Of a DNA stretch of 64,000 nt, positions 13,394 to 22,563 are shown piece by piece. Made by a program: the position numbers and the translations under genes. The notes beneath the pieces were generated by a model, which was not told where the DNA came from, did no database searches, and was given only the letters and a program-made list of their open reading frames with translations. Each line of letters starts with the position of its first letter. Positions within the stretch are counted from its first letter, which is position 1. This DNA comes from Squalus acanthias (taxonomy: Eukaryota). The stretch covers positions 123,816,001-123,880,000 of the forward strand of contig CM059431.1 in assembly GCA_030390025.1 (NCBI GenBank). The letters run 5' to 3'.

Positions 13394-14933
13394 TTAGATG
13401 CGAGAGCAGTAATGGAGATAAAACTCATGTAGACTTGGTTTGAATGGTACGAAATGGAAAATCTTTATTGCATGATACTTAAAATTATGAAATACATGTC
13501 ATAAGCACAGATTAATGACAGTACAATCTTACAAACAGTTATATAGTCGATCTTAGGGAAACGAGGAACGAACGGCACAAAGTAAATAGGGGCACACATT
13601 ACAAATATCCTTAATCCTTAAACCCTCCCCTATCAATATCTATCCTAAACTAGCTTCGTAGGATCTCGAGACTCATGCTCACCACTCGTGATAACTCGGA
13701 GAAATTCCGAATAGCTGATCGGATGTTTTTCACCGCAGCACCCACGTGTCGGTCAGGAGATCTCCTGGTCCCACTTGTTTACTTGCTTCTGCTGCTCCGG
13801 CTAGTAGGCTGGACCGTCTGCTGTGATGAAGACCTGTGTTGGTTGGCTTAACAGGTACTCTTGGAGCACAGTTGTCAATATCATCGATACGATGTGTTTT
13901 CACGTTCCAATCTCCTTAGACACAGTCCCGTTATCGTCGATGCAATATGTTTTGTTAAAAGTTCAAAATAGAAATCTTCCTGGCGAGGAAAACTTGGCTG
14001 ATCGACCTACAGGCGCGGTCGGGATTTACTGACCGTGGCGATGGATATGGTCTTCCTCTCTTCTCCTCTCATCTCATCTCATCTCATCTCATCTCGGGCC
14101 TTTGGTTCCGCTGCCAGTTACCAACATAGGTCTTCGTTACGCGACACGAGGTAGATCCGAACGGATCAGAAAGTTCAACAGTCTTTTCAGAAGAGGCAAC
14201 GGGCAAGCAGAAGCCCAACTACGAGTACACAGGAGCAGCCACGAGGTTACGAATCGACCGGATAAAACACAGGAGCAAGCGAGCGAATGCAAGAGCAAGA
14301 GAGAGAATGGACGGTTTGGAGCCTGCAATTATAGTGCAAAAATCTTCCGTTTCCCGCCCAACTATAATGTCCATTCTTTTGTTTAGGGTTTGGCGCCCAA
14401 ATGTCTTGTATGGGTGATCTCCGTTCTTAATGAGTTTCGGGGCTACTCATAAATGTCTGAGTGCCTGTTAATATTTCTCCCATTGTTAAATCGGTCGGTG
14501 TTCTCCCTGGAGGGGTTTGGGGCTTCCAAGTGTCCTGTATAACTACCTGCTAACGGCTCTCTCATCGTAGAGTCGTTGGGATTTACATATTAATGTCTTT
14601 TGGATGGGCCCTTGATTACTCGGTACAATGGCTTTCCTTTGTACCTGGGAGACCGATTCCAGTATCTATGTTTATACTGCAAACCCATAATGTCTCGTGT
14701 ACCATCTTCACTGTGCTGAATCGTTATCGATCTTGCACAAATGTTTAATGGAACGCCATCTTGTCTGCCTGTTGAAAAGTCTAGAATGTTCTGTCACGAG
14801 GTGCGGCGGCCATTTTACAGGCTGCTTGTGTCCAATTTAAACCTGCCAGCATTCTGCTGAAATAAAAGCTGTTTGAACGAAACTTTGTGTTTTCTCCTCA
14901 TTAATCAAATCGCGATATATTGCGAATTCTACA
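13394..14933 (-). repeat. 3' LTR, 1540 bp
   Basis: Second copy of the repeat. On the element strand it is preceded by the purine tract AGGAGGG plus AC. Confidence 0.97.
13464..13469 (-). terminator. Candidate poly(A) signal AATAAA in the 3' LTR
   Basis: The only element-sense AATAAA I found in the LTR, about 70 nt from its end. Confidence 0.6.
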
Positions 14934-14935
14934 GT

Positions 14936-14942
14936 CCCTCCT
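14936..14942 (-). other. Short polypurine tract (AGGAGGG) followed by AC and the LTR-terminal TG
   Basis: Position immediately 5' of the 3' LTR, with a 2-nt spacer as in retroviral unprocessed ends. Confidence 0.7.
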
Positions 14943-15375
14943 GTTGATGCGAATAACTCCGCTTATCGTATCAAAAATCATAGTGGTGAGCAATATTATC
15001 TCGATTTCTCTCCGAATCCAGTAAATTAATCCCATAATTTTTAACTTAGCTAGGGTCTCTGTGTCGTCCTTATTTCCCAAGAAAATTACATTTTTTATCA
15101 CCGTAGGCATTATTTGCCCTTAAACTTACACCACTTGTTTTCCTTCCCGGCGTAACCAGGCCGATACCCCTCGTATCACCTGTATATTTGTCTTTTATTC
15201 AGGGAAAGGAAAAAACAAAACCCAAAAACCAAACAATCAACACCATCACCAAAATAATCAAACCTCAACTCTTAAAACATGTCGAGTTTCCAACGTATTT
15301 ACAATCTCTGAAAATCTTATATGAGTACAAACTTCCGCGGCGCACGCGGCGAGCGGGAGTGACGCCATTTTCCGA

Positions 15376-17727
15376 TTACACGGTGCTCTCATCGTGCACG
15401 CGCACGTAACGTTCTCGCCACTCTCCCGTGTTTTCATGCTTGGTGAGGCGCTTGTCTCTTTTACAATGTATGACCAATAGGTACACTACAATAAACACTT
15501 GACATGCGACTAAAATGTGGGAGGCTATTCTGATCCATGAAGGCACTTCAATATTAGTGAACAGATTCCACCACGGTGGAACTACTATGTCCAGAATGTC
15601 TGTTCCTATTTCGACAGTTTTCTGCTCTAATGTATAAAAATGTTTCTGTGATACCGCGACGGCTTTCAGAAGTTTGGTTAAATGTTCAGGGAGAGGGGGA
15701 ATGAGGTATCCAAAATGCGCGACAAATCGCTGCAAGTCGGTGAAATTCTCTTTTACTGTGAGATGAACAGTGGATGGTTCAGGGATTGGGATAATTCGCT
15801 GTTGTGCTACTTGAACTTCAGCCCTGGGTTTAAAACAGAAACTGCTGCCACTCACCGGACACCGGCTACGGTTTCCATGCTGGTAGTGTTGCGCTGCAGT
15901 GGTAACACAATATGTTCCACCCCCGATGTATGCTACCTGCGGAGGCACATGATCTTGTGCCATTGCCTCCATGGTGCAATTCATGGACTTGGCGCCAGCC
16001 GTTCTGAACCCGCACTGTGGTGTTAAAAAGGCATTCAAGTGCTGGGGGCACAGTATTATGTGCGCTCCCCTGCCACGACAACCAGAGAGATCTGTACCTG
16101 TCATCGTTTGCTCCCAGCGGATGACGTAAGGTGGAACTGCTGCATAGCGAATGTGGGCTCCCCCCTGAATGACACCAATGTTCTCTACCCGATACACCGG
16201 GGCGGGCTTTGCTGTGTCGCCCAAAACCGGCATGCGTAATACTATTCCCATAATAGTATGGTTTGAACGTCCGCAGTCCACGGGGACTGGGTATGCTTCT
16301 GAAGCTAGCCTGAGCTGGCACGGGCTTAATGCGTTCTGAAAAGGGTGGAGCGCCCGTAGGTGTTTGTTACTTATCCAGGACGGAACCAAACCTTGTTTTA
16401 AATCCTCCAAATTACTGCGGCCCTCGCCCAGTAACCACGCCCCGTAAAGCACGCACACCTCGTTCTGCGCAGCTTGATCGGATGCATTCCGATCTTCCCT
16501 GATCAGGGCATTTACCGTACGCGCATGTTTCTCCAGCTCTGCTATAATTTCCTTTAAATGGAGAGTCATGGCTTGGTCCTCGTGTAGACCTGACCCTACC
16601 ACTTTATTCTCATCTGTTAGAATGTCTTTTAACTGTGTTTTTAAACCATTAATCTGGGTCTGCAGCTCCACACTGTCTAGAGCGTTGACCACAGATGTCC
16701 CTGTGTTAAAAGCAGTGAACGCATCGTTCACCAAACCCCTTCTTTGCCTCCCTACTTGATCCAAAACTTCCTGCGGTGCGGTGTACAAACTTGTCTTATC
16801 AATTTCTGCAAAATCAAACTCGTAAAATTGTCTGAACATCTTGGTCAACAGGACCTGATACAACTGTTCCGTCTTTTTGGGGCACCACTCTGGTAACCGT
16901 ACCTCAGTGAGATTTAAAATCACCGAGGCCACCGCGTAATGTACCCCCTGAAAGAGTATCTGGTCTGTGGGGACCAGTACCAAACCATTCCCGGGTCCCT
17001 TACTAGTTTTAGGGCACCCTTCTTCCTCAGCTAGAACCACCGGAATCGTGGGCGGGGCTTTGCGTGGGCGCGTAATGAGTTCAGTGGCATTTACTGGGAT
17101 CGGGGAGAATGGGGCTCCGCACCCCCTGGTGCTCGCATCCCACCTCATCCCCTGTCCGTTATCCTGCCATTGATTAATAAAAAATATGGAGATGCCTTTG
17201 GGGCAAACGTACTTTGACCCCCACATACATACATAAATCCCCTCATCCGGTTCCCACCATTTGTCCCAACAGACTTTCACTTGTCCGTCTGTCCCCGTAA
17301 TTGTCCGATGGGTATTATTACCCAGTCGTTCCCACTCGACCGAAGAGTTTCTCATAGTTTTGCTCAGCTTTCGCAGCCACCACCATCGGCTCAATGGGAC
17401 CTTCCCACTACAAGTCAAACAAATCCGTTTGCCGACGGTGACGCTGATCCTGGGTGCGATGATCCTTACTTTGGGGCACAGTAAAGAAGTCTCTTGGTAG
17501 GCAAACCCCGATGTGCTGGAATACTCCGTTGAGTTCGTTCCCAGCCATCCTGGCCACCTTCCCTTGTGGAAATAGGTGCTGGTCCCCTCTGCCTTCCGTC
17601 TTCCGGTCCCATCCACCGCGATGGGGGCCGTGTCCCCGGAACATCCAAACACCACGACATCCTTGGTGCGGCCTCGATAGGCCAATCCACATCCGATTGC
17701 CACGAGCAATACTAGAATTCGTTCCAT
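15376..17727 (-). CDS. env: Envelope glycoprotein, about 783 aa (the ORF is open upstream to 17886)
   Basis: Signal-peptide-like MERILVLLVAIGCGLA, furin site RQRR (16738-16749), fusion-peptide-like GLVNDAFTAFNTG, heptad region, Cys-rich ectodomain, TM helix ILVACQVFIVVYLLVI and a short tail. The start codon is inferred. Confidence 0.9.
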   Translation of the reverse strand: MERILVLLVAIGCGLAYRGRTKDVVVFGCSGDTAPIAVDGTGRRKAEGTSTYFHKGRWPGWLGTNSTEYSSTSGFAYQETSLLCPKVRIIAPRISVTVGKRICLTCSGKVPLSRWWWLRKLSKTMRNSSVEWERLGNNTHRTITGTDGQVKVCWDKWWEPDEGIYVCMWGSKYVCPKGISIFFINQWQDNGQGMRWDASTRGCGAPFSPIPVNATELITRPRKAPPTIPVVLAEEEGCPKTSKGPGNGLVLVPTDQILFQGVHYAVASVILNLTEVRLPEWCPKKTEQLYQVLLTKMFRQFYEFDFAEIDKTSLYTAPQEVLDQVGRQRRGLVNDAFTAFNTGTSVVNALDSVELQTQINGLKTQLKDILTDENKVVGSGLHEDQAMTLHLKEIIAELEKHARTVNALIREDRNASDQAAQNEVCVLYGAWLLGEGRSNLEDLKQGLVPSWISNKHLRALHPFQNALSPCQLRLASEAYPVPVDCGRSNHTIMGIVLRMPVLGDTAKPAPVYRVENIGVIQGGAHIRYAAVPPYVIRWEQTMTGTDLSGCRGRGAHIILCPQHLNAFLTPQCGFRTAGAKSMNCTMEAMAQDHVPPQVAYIGGGTYCVTTAAQHYQHGNRSRCPVSGSSFCFKPRAEVQVAQQRIIPIPEPSTVHLTVKENFTDLQRFVAHFGYLIPPLPEHLTKLLKAVAVSQKHFYTLEQKTVEIGTDILDIVVPPWWNLFTNIEVPSWIRIASHILVACQVFIVVYLLVIHCKRDKRLTKHENTGEWRERYVRVHDESTV

Positions 17728-17740
17728 CCTTCCTTGGTTC

Positions 17741-17765
17741 CTGTGATCAGATAGAATGAGGTAGC
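17741..17765 (-). promoter_or_regulatory. Candidate env splice acceptor
   Basis: CTACCTCATTCTATCTGATCACAG|G, 13 nt upstream of the signal-peptide ATG. Confidence 0.55.
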
Positions 17766-18039
17766 CCGCCTCGCAAGAGTCTCTGGCTTTTGTGAAGGGT
17801 GAGCGGGTCCCCTGACCTCGCCTCACGTAAACTTCAACGTTTGCTGAATAAACTTCCTCTAAACCTAACCTTAAAACTCCCATCATTTATCGTTTTCTGT
17901 TAAAAACACTACAAACTTAGCCTTATTAAAATTACAACCTTAACCTTGAACTATAAACTTAAAACTTAACCTTGTTACTTATAAACTTAAAACTTAGAAC
18001 TATAACTTTACAGTGCCGCCCGTTCTCAGGGCGGCCCCT

Positions 18040-21000
18040 TTAAACTCTGAGAAGGCTGCTGCGAGCTCTTCCCGACGGTGGGAGGGCACTGACCCTTCCC
18101 TCTGATCTGCCGCAGCCTGTTGCTGCGCTGACCCTTCCCTCTGATCTGCCGCAGCCTGTTACTGCTGCGATGTGGCCGGTCTGTACCCGGGTTATCTTAA
18201 CCTGAAGTCTACGCCTTGGGGCAGTCTGGGGACATGACCACATCCTCCTGGGCTGGGGTTCTCTGCTTGACCTACGGGGAGTTGCTATGGGCGGGGGTTC
18301 CGTGACGGACGAACCGGGTTCCGAGACCTCCAACGGGATGACCTGGGGTTCCACCACAGTCGCTGGCTCCGCCTCCGCTGACTCCGCCTCCCTAACCTCG
18401 GGGCTGGCAGTTCGTGGCTCCGCCCTGCTCGGCCCAGCAAGCGGCCCTTCACTCGTGATCTCTGCCTCCCCTGAGGACTGGACGTTCAAAGCGGGCGGCC
18501 ACATCTCTGGGAGCCACATCGGTACTCTCTGTGCTCCTATAGCGGCTGGCCCTGCCTCCTCTAGCTCCTCCCTCCTGTCCTCGGGACCTGCAGCTTGTGT
18601 GTCCACCCTGTGTGGATCTCTACCTATAGGCCCCATTCCCTCCAGACCGTTCCTCAGGAACCACCCGTCATCATCACTATGCTCATCTGCACTATCCTCA
18701 TCTGACCAGGGTACCCTGGGTTCTTCCTCATCTAACCCCCAACTCCAGAAAAACGCTGCATGATCGTCCGGGATGTCCCTTCCCCTGATGCAAGCTGCTA
18801 TGCCTGCCTGTGTGCCTTGTGGTCCTACCTGGGGCTGTGCTTTCCCATTGGCGGGATTTACCCCTGTAGTTTTCCCCTGCGCACCCGGCTGGTACAGTTT
18901 GCATTGGTTTATGTGGAACCACTTAGTGCGCCGAGGTACTTTTACGGCGTAAACCATGGGACTCGCCTTGTCTACAATGTTGTAGGGTCCCATATACAGT
19001 GGTTCCAGACTCCCTACTCTGGCGTAGTTTCTGACCATGACCTGGTCTCCTACTTCCCACTCCCGCGTTTTGCGGGGTTCCAGCAACAAGCGATTGCCCT
19101 GATGCTGCCTTCCCATGTTCCCAGCCGCCTGCTCATAAACTTGCTTCAGGCGCTCCAAGAGAGTCTGGGCGAACTTGTCCCTGCTTATCTCTTGGAGCTG
19201 ACCCTCAGTGAGCACCGGGGCTAGCACATGGGTGGGGGTTCGCATGAGCCTCCCAGTCATTACCTCGTGCGGGGAGTACCCCGTACTTTTTGACTGACTG
19301 GCCCGGACCCCCATGAGGACTAAAGGCAGAACTTCCGCCCATTTTTGGGGCGAGTTCCTAGTCTCTTTCCTCAATTTCTCCTTCAGGGTCCGGTTCATAC
19401 GTTCAACAATCCCGGATGACTGGGGATTGTGTGCTACGTGCCACTTCCCTTCAATGCCCAAAAGCATGAGGGTGTTCTGCATCACCTGGCCGGTGAAATG
19501 ACTCCCTTGGTCTGACTCCACAAAACGGGGGAGTCCCCACCGCGAGAACACTTCCCGGACCAAGATTTTTGCTGTACCCAGTGCTGTAGCTGTTCGACAA
19601 GGGAAGGCTTCCACCCACTTGGAAAACACATCCACCAGGACGAGGCAGTACTTATAACCTCCCTGGGTGGTGGGCAGGGGTCCTATATAGTCGATCTGTA
19701 TCGACTGCCATGGTCCCTCTACCCTTCTTACGTGTCCCATGGGCACCTTCCTTTTCTGGGGGTCTGGGTTGTTTGCGGCGCACACAAGACAGTTTGCACA
19801 GAACTCGCGGACTTGTTCCCTGAGCCCTGGCCACCATCCCGCTTGCTCTACCCGTTGCCAGGTAACCTCGGGCCCGGGGTGCCCTGCCCCTGGTCCCTCG
19901 TGAGCCAACTGGAGGAATTCCCTCCTGTGCTGCTGCGGCACAACCCACTGCTCCTCGCGGAACAGCATGCCTTCCTTAACTGAGAGGGTTGCCGTACTGT
20001 ACGGACCTTCTACCTGCCTCCCCTCAGCAATCGTTTTTAGGACTGCTTTTAGGGCGGGATCCTGGGCTTGGACGGTCTTGAGGTCTAGGGGCAATGCTAC
20101 CCTGGTGTTCCCGGTATTCCCGTCCCCGCCTCGGACCGCTGCTATGGGTCCGGTCCTGTAGGGGTTCCAGAAAGTGCCGTCGCGGGCACCCTCCCTGGCT
20201 AGCGCATCCGCCTGCCGGTTGCCCTCCCCACGGGGCTCTGTGGAGGAGTGAGCTTTCACCTTATGGATGAAAATCTCTCCTTCCTCCCCTACTGCTGCTG
20301 CTAAGATCTTTTCCAGCAAGGGCTTCACCGTTAAAGGTCGCCCGTCCGCGGAGGTGTATCCGCGGCGGGACCAAATGGCCAGGTATTCCGTACACGAATT
20401 GCAGGTGAACATACTGTCCGAGCAAATCGTGTATGGGGTTGGGAAAATGTCTGGGTGGGTCACAACGTACACCACGGCAGACAGCTCAGCCTGCTGCGCG
20501 CTCATGGTGCTAGGGAGCTTGATCGCCAGGGCAAGGTCTGCCGCAGGGTCATAAACTCCACACCCTGTGAGTCGCTCGCCAGCAGACACTGTGCTAGACC
20601 CATCAACATAAATCTCGCGCCCAGTGGGATGTATCCCGGCCCGTAAACCTATGTTGACGTCCCACACCCCTTCCACCGAACACCGGTGGGCTGTACCGGG
20701 GTATACCAAATTGGCCGCAAGCCTGGGCTCGCAAAGACCCTTTACTCTAAGATCCAACTGGGAGAGAAGAAGGGTCCAACGCGCAATGCGTGCGCTGCTT
20801 ACGGTCCCGTCTTTAATCCTCCCATCCAGAAGCATCTTAGTTGGTGTGTGATGTGTGAGGAGAGTGATGGGAGAGAGCCCTGTGAAGATCGCTGATCTTT
20901 TCACAGCCCAATGCGTGGCTAAAAGGTGCCTTTCGCAATTGGAGAAACTTCTCTCCACATCCGTTAATACCCTGGATGAATAGACAACCGGCCTCAGCTT

Positions 21001-22563
21001 GCCGTGACGCTCTTGGAGCAGCACGGCGCTTAAGCTGTCTCCGCTGGCAGCTACCTCCAGGAAAAACTCCTTCCCCCCATCTATGGCCCCTAAGGCTGGC
21101 GCGGTCTGCAGATCCCTTTTTAACTTCTCGAAGGCTGCTTGGCAGCCCTCGTCCCAAAGCCACTCCACCCCCTTATGGAGGAGTCGGAGGAGCGGCGCCG
21201 CTGTGGCCGCATAATCTTCGATAAAATCCCTGCAGTAACCGGTCAGTCCCAAGAAGGACCTCACACCCCTTACGTTGTTGGGAATCGGTAATTCTTGCAC
21301 CGACTCCCTCCTTGCTTTGTCTATGGCTCTTTCCCCAGCGCGTATGGTCAGTCCCAGGAATTTTACTTCCCGCTGACCGATACGTGCTTTCTTAGGATTT
21401 ATTTTAAAACCCTTTCTCGCTAACAGTTCCAATAACTCGTCCAGTAGTGGTCCGTGCTCCTCCCTTGAGTCCGTAAATAGGAGCAAATCATCCACATACT
21501 GTACTATCTGATTGGGCTGACTAAACTCCCTTAAACTTCCTGCCATACACTGATGAAAAATACTGGGGCTATTGTGGAAACCCTGTGGCAGACAGTTCCA
21601 CGTGTACTGTTGCCCTTTGAAAGTAAAGGCAAACTTGTACTGGTCCTCTCGCCGCAGCGGGATGGACCAAAAACCGTTCGAGATATCCAGCACCGTGAAC
21701 GTGGTCGCGGACGCTGGGATGCTCCCTATTAGGTCAGCAACTGCTGCTACTGTGGGCGCGCAGGCGGGAATGTTACTGTTAAGGACTCTGTAGTCCACCG
21801 TGGCTCTCCACGAATTATCCGGCTTCCTAACCGGCCATAATGGGGAGTTCACGTGTGTGGCTATCGGCCTTAACACGCCCTGCTGCACCAAGGAAGACAT
21901 TGCTGTCTCCATATCGGGTTCTGCTTCTTTGGGGAAGTTATACTGCTTTTGGGGTCGGGTCATGGGGTCCCCATCTACGCTGACCTCAAACCCGACCACT
22001 CTCCCACAATCGTGCTTGTGGGTTGCAAACGCGTGCATATTATCTGACACGTACGTTTGCATGTCCGTTGGGACATCTGCGACCATAAGCCTGAGGTCGT
22101 AGCCTCCGGATGGCTGTACGGTACACAGGACCCCTGTTTCTTCCTCCCCCGGAATCACTATTACCTCGCCCTTTTCACCTTTAGCCCCCCAGAGACAGTG
22201 ATTTCTGAGGTCCACGAGGATCCCGTGTCCCGCTAGGAGATCGGACCCGAGAATACCTCTTCCACCCCCCTTTTGCCATGCCATCAGTATACACTTCCAC
22301 TTAAGGCGAAGTGTTCCTAAACGAATGGATAGCGGAAGGGAAAACGTGCCAGCCTGTTCTTTTCTTGTGAACCCTGCCAACGTGAATGGGACCTTGGTAG
22401 ATAGCGGCGAGTCAAAAGGGTTATCTGTATGGATTATGGTGCAAGAAGCTCCCGTGTCCAACAAATAACTGCCCTTCTGTTTCTCTACCTCCATCTCCAC
22501 CACAGGTCGCCTCCACGCATCATAGCTAAGCGGACACAGGTAGACGGGCTGTGCTGGTTCTAG
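18040..22563 (-). CDS. pol: Pol (protease, RT, inactive RNase H tether, RNase H, integrase, long C-terminal extension); in frame with gag after one TGA
   Basis: Protease LLDTGA and ILGSD. RT LPQGFHNSP and YVDD (21487-21498). RNase H YVDGSS/AELSA/SDS/GNRQAD. Integrase HHCC, IDYIGP, SDQGSHF, IVERMN and GPY. The frame is open from the gag stop to 18040. Confidence 0.95.
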   Translation of the reverse strand, partial: LEPAQPVYLCPLSYDAWRRPVVEMEVEKQKGSYLLDTGASCTIIHTDNPFDSPLSTKVPFTLAGFTRKEQAGTFSLPLSIRLGTLRLKWKCILMAWQKGGGRGILGSDLLAGHGILVDLRNHCLWGAKGEKGEVIVIPGEEETGVLCTVQPSGGYDLRLMVADVPTDMQTYVSDNMHAFATHKHDCGRVVGFEVSVDGDPMTRPQKQYNFPKEAEPDMETAMSSLVQQGVLRPIATHVNSPLWPVRKPDNSWRATVDYRVLNSNIPACAPTVAAVADLIGSIPASATTFTVLDISNGFWSIPLRREDQYKFAFTFKGQQYTWNCLPQGFHNSPSIFHQCMAGSLREFSQPNQIVQYVDDLLLFTDSREEHGPLLDELLELLARKGFKINPKKARIGQREVKFLGLTIRAGERAIDKARRESVQELPIPNNVRGVRSFLGLTGYCRDFIEDYAATAAPLLRLLHKGVEWLWDEGCQAAFEKLKRDLQTAPALGAIDGGKEFFLEVAASGDSLSAVLLQERHGKLRPVVYSSRVLTDVERSFSNCERHLLATHWAVKRSAIFTGLSPITLLTHHTPTKMLLDGRIKDGTVSSARIARWTLLLSQLDLRVKGLCEPRLAANLVYPGTAHRCSVEGVWDVNIGLRAGIHPTGREIYVDGSSTVSAGERLTGCGVYDPAADLALAIKLPSTMSAQQAELSAVVYVVTHPDIFPTPYTICSDSMFTCNSCTEYLAIWSRRGYTSADGRPLTVKPLLEKILAAAVGEEGEIFIHKVKAHSSTEPRGEGNRQADALAREGARDGTFWNPYRTGPIAAVRGGDGNTGNTRVALPLDLKTVQAQDPALKAVLKTIAEGRQVEGPYSTATLSVKEGMLFREEQWVVPQQHRREFLQLAHEGPGAGHPGPEVTWQRVEQAGWWPGLREQVREFCANCLVCAANNPDPQKRKVPMGHVRRVEGPWQSIQIDYIGPLPTTQGGYKYCLVLVDVFSKWVEAFPCRTATALGTAKILVREVFSRWGLPRFVESDQGSHFTGQVMQNTLMLLGIEGKWHVAHNPQSSGIVERMNRTLKEKLRKETRNSPQKWAEVLPLVLMGVRASQSKSTGYSPHEVMTGRLMRTPTHVLAPVLTEGQLQEISRDKFAQTLLERLKQVYEQAAGNMGRQHQGNRLLLEPRKTREWEVGDQVMVRNYARVGSLEPLYMGPYNIVDKASPMVYAVKVPRRTKWFHINQCKLYQPGAQGKTTGVNPANGKAQPQVGPQGTQAGIAACIRGRDIPDDHAAFFWSWGLDEEEPRVPWSDEDSADEHSDDDGWFLRNGLEGMGPIGRDPHRVDTQAAGPEDRREELEEAGPAAIGAQRVPMWLPEMWPPALNVQSSGEAEITSEGPLAGPSRAEPRTASPEVREAESAEAEPATVVEPQVIPLEVSEPGSSVTEPPPIATPRRSSREPQPRRMWSCPQTAPRRRLQVKITRVQTGHIAAVTGCGRSEGRVSAATGCGRSEGRVSALPPSGRARSSLLRV

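Noticed and set aside
13823..14386. Short ORFs within the LTR (also 24990-25553)
   Set aside because: Non-ATG or short, mostly antisense, no motifs; they are duplicated only because the LTR is.
17728..17886. 53-aa N-terminal extension of Env from the ORF track
   Set aside because: The signal peptide and splice acceptor point to the ATG at 17727; a longer leader is not fully excluded.
18287..22102. Plus-strand ORFs of 60-158 aa antisense to pol
   Set aside because: Expected shadows of a GC-rich coding frame; no recognisable domains.
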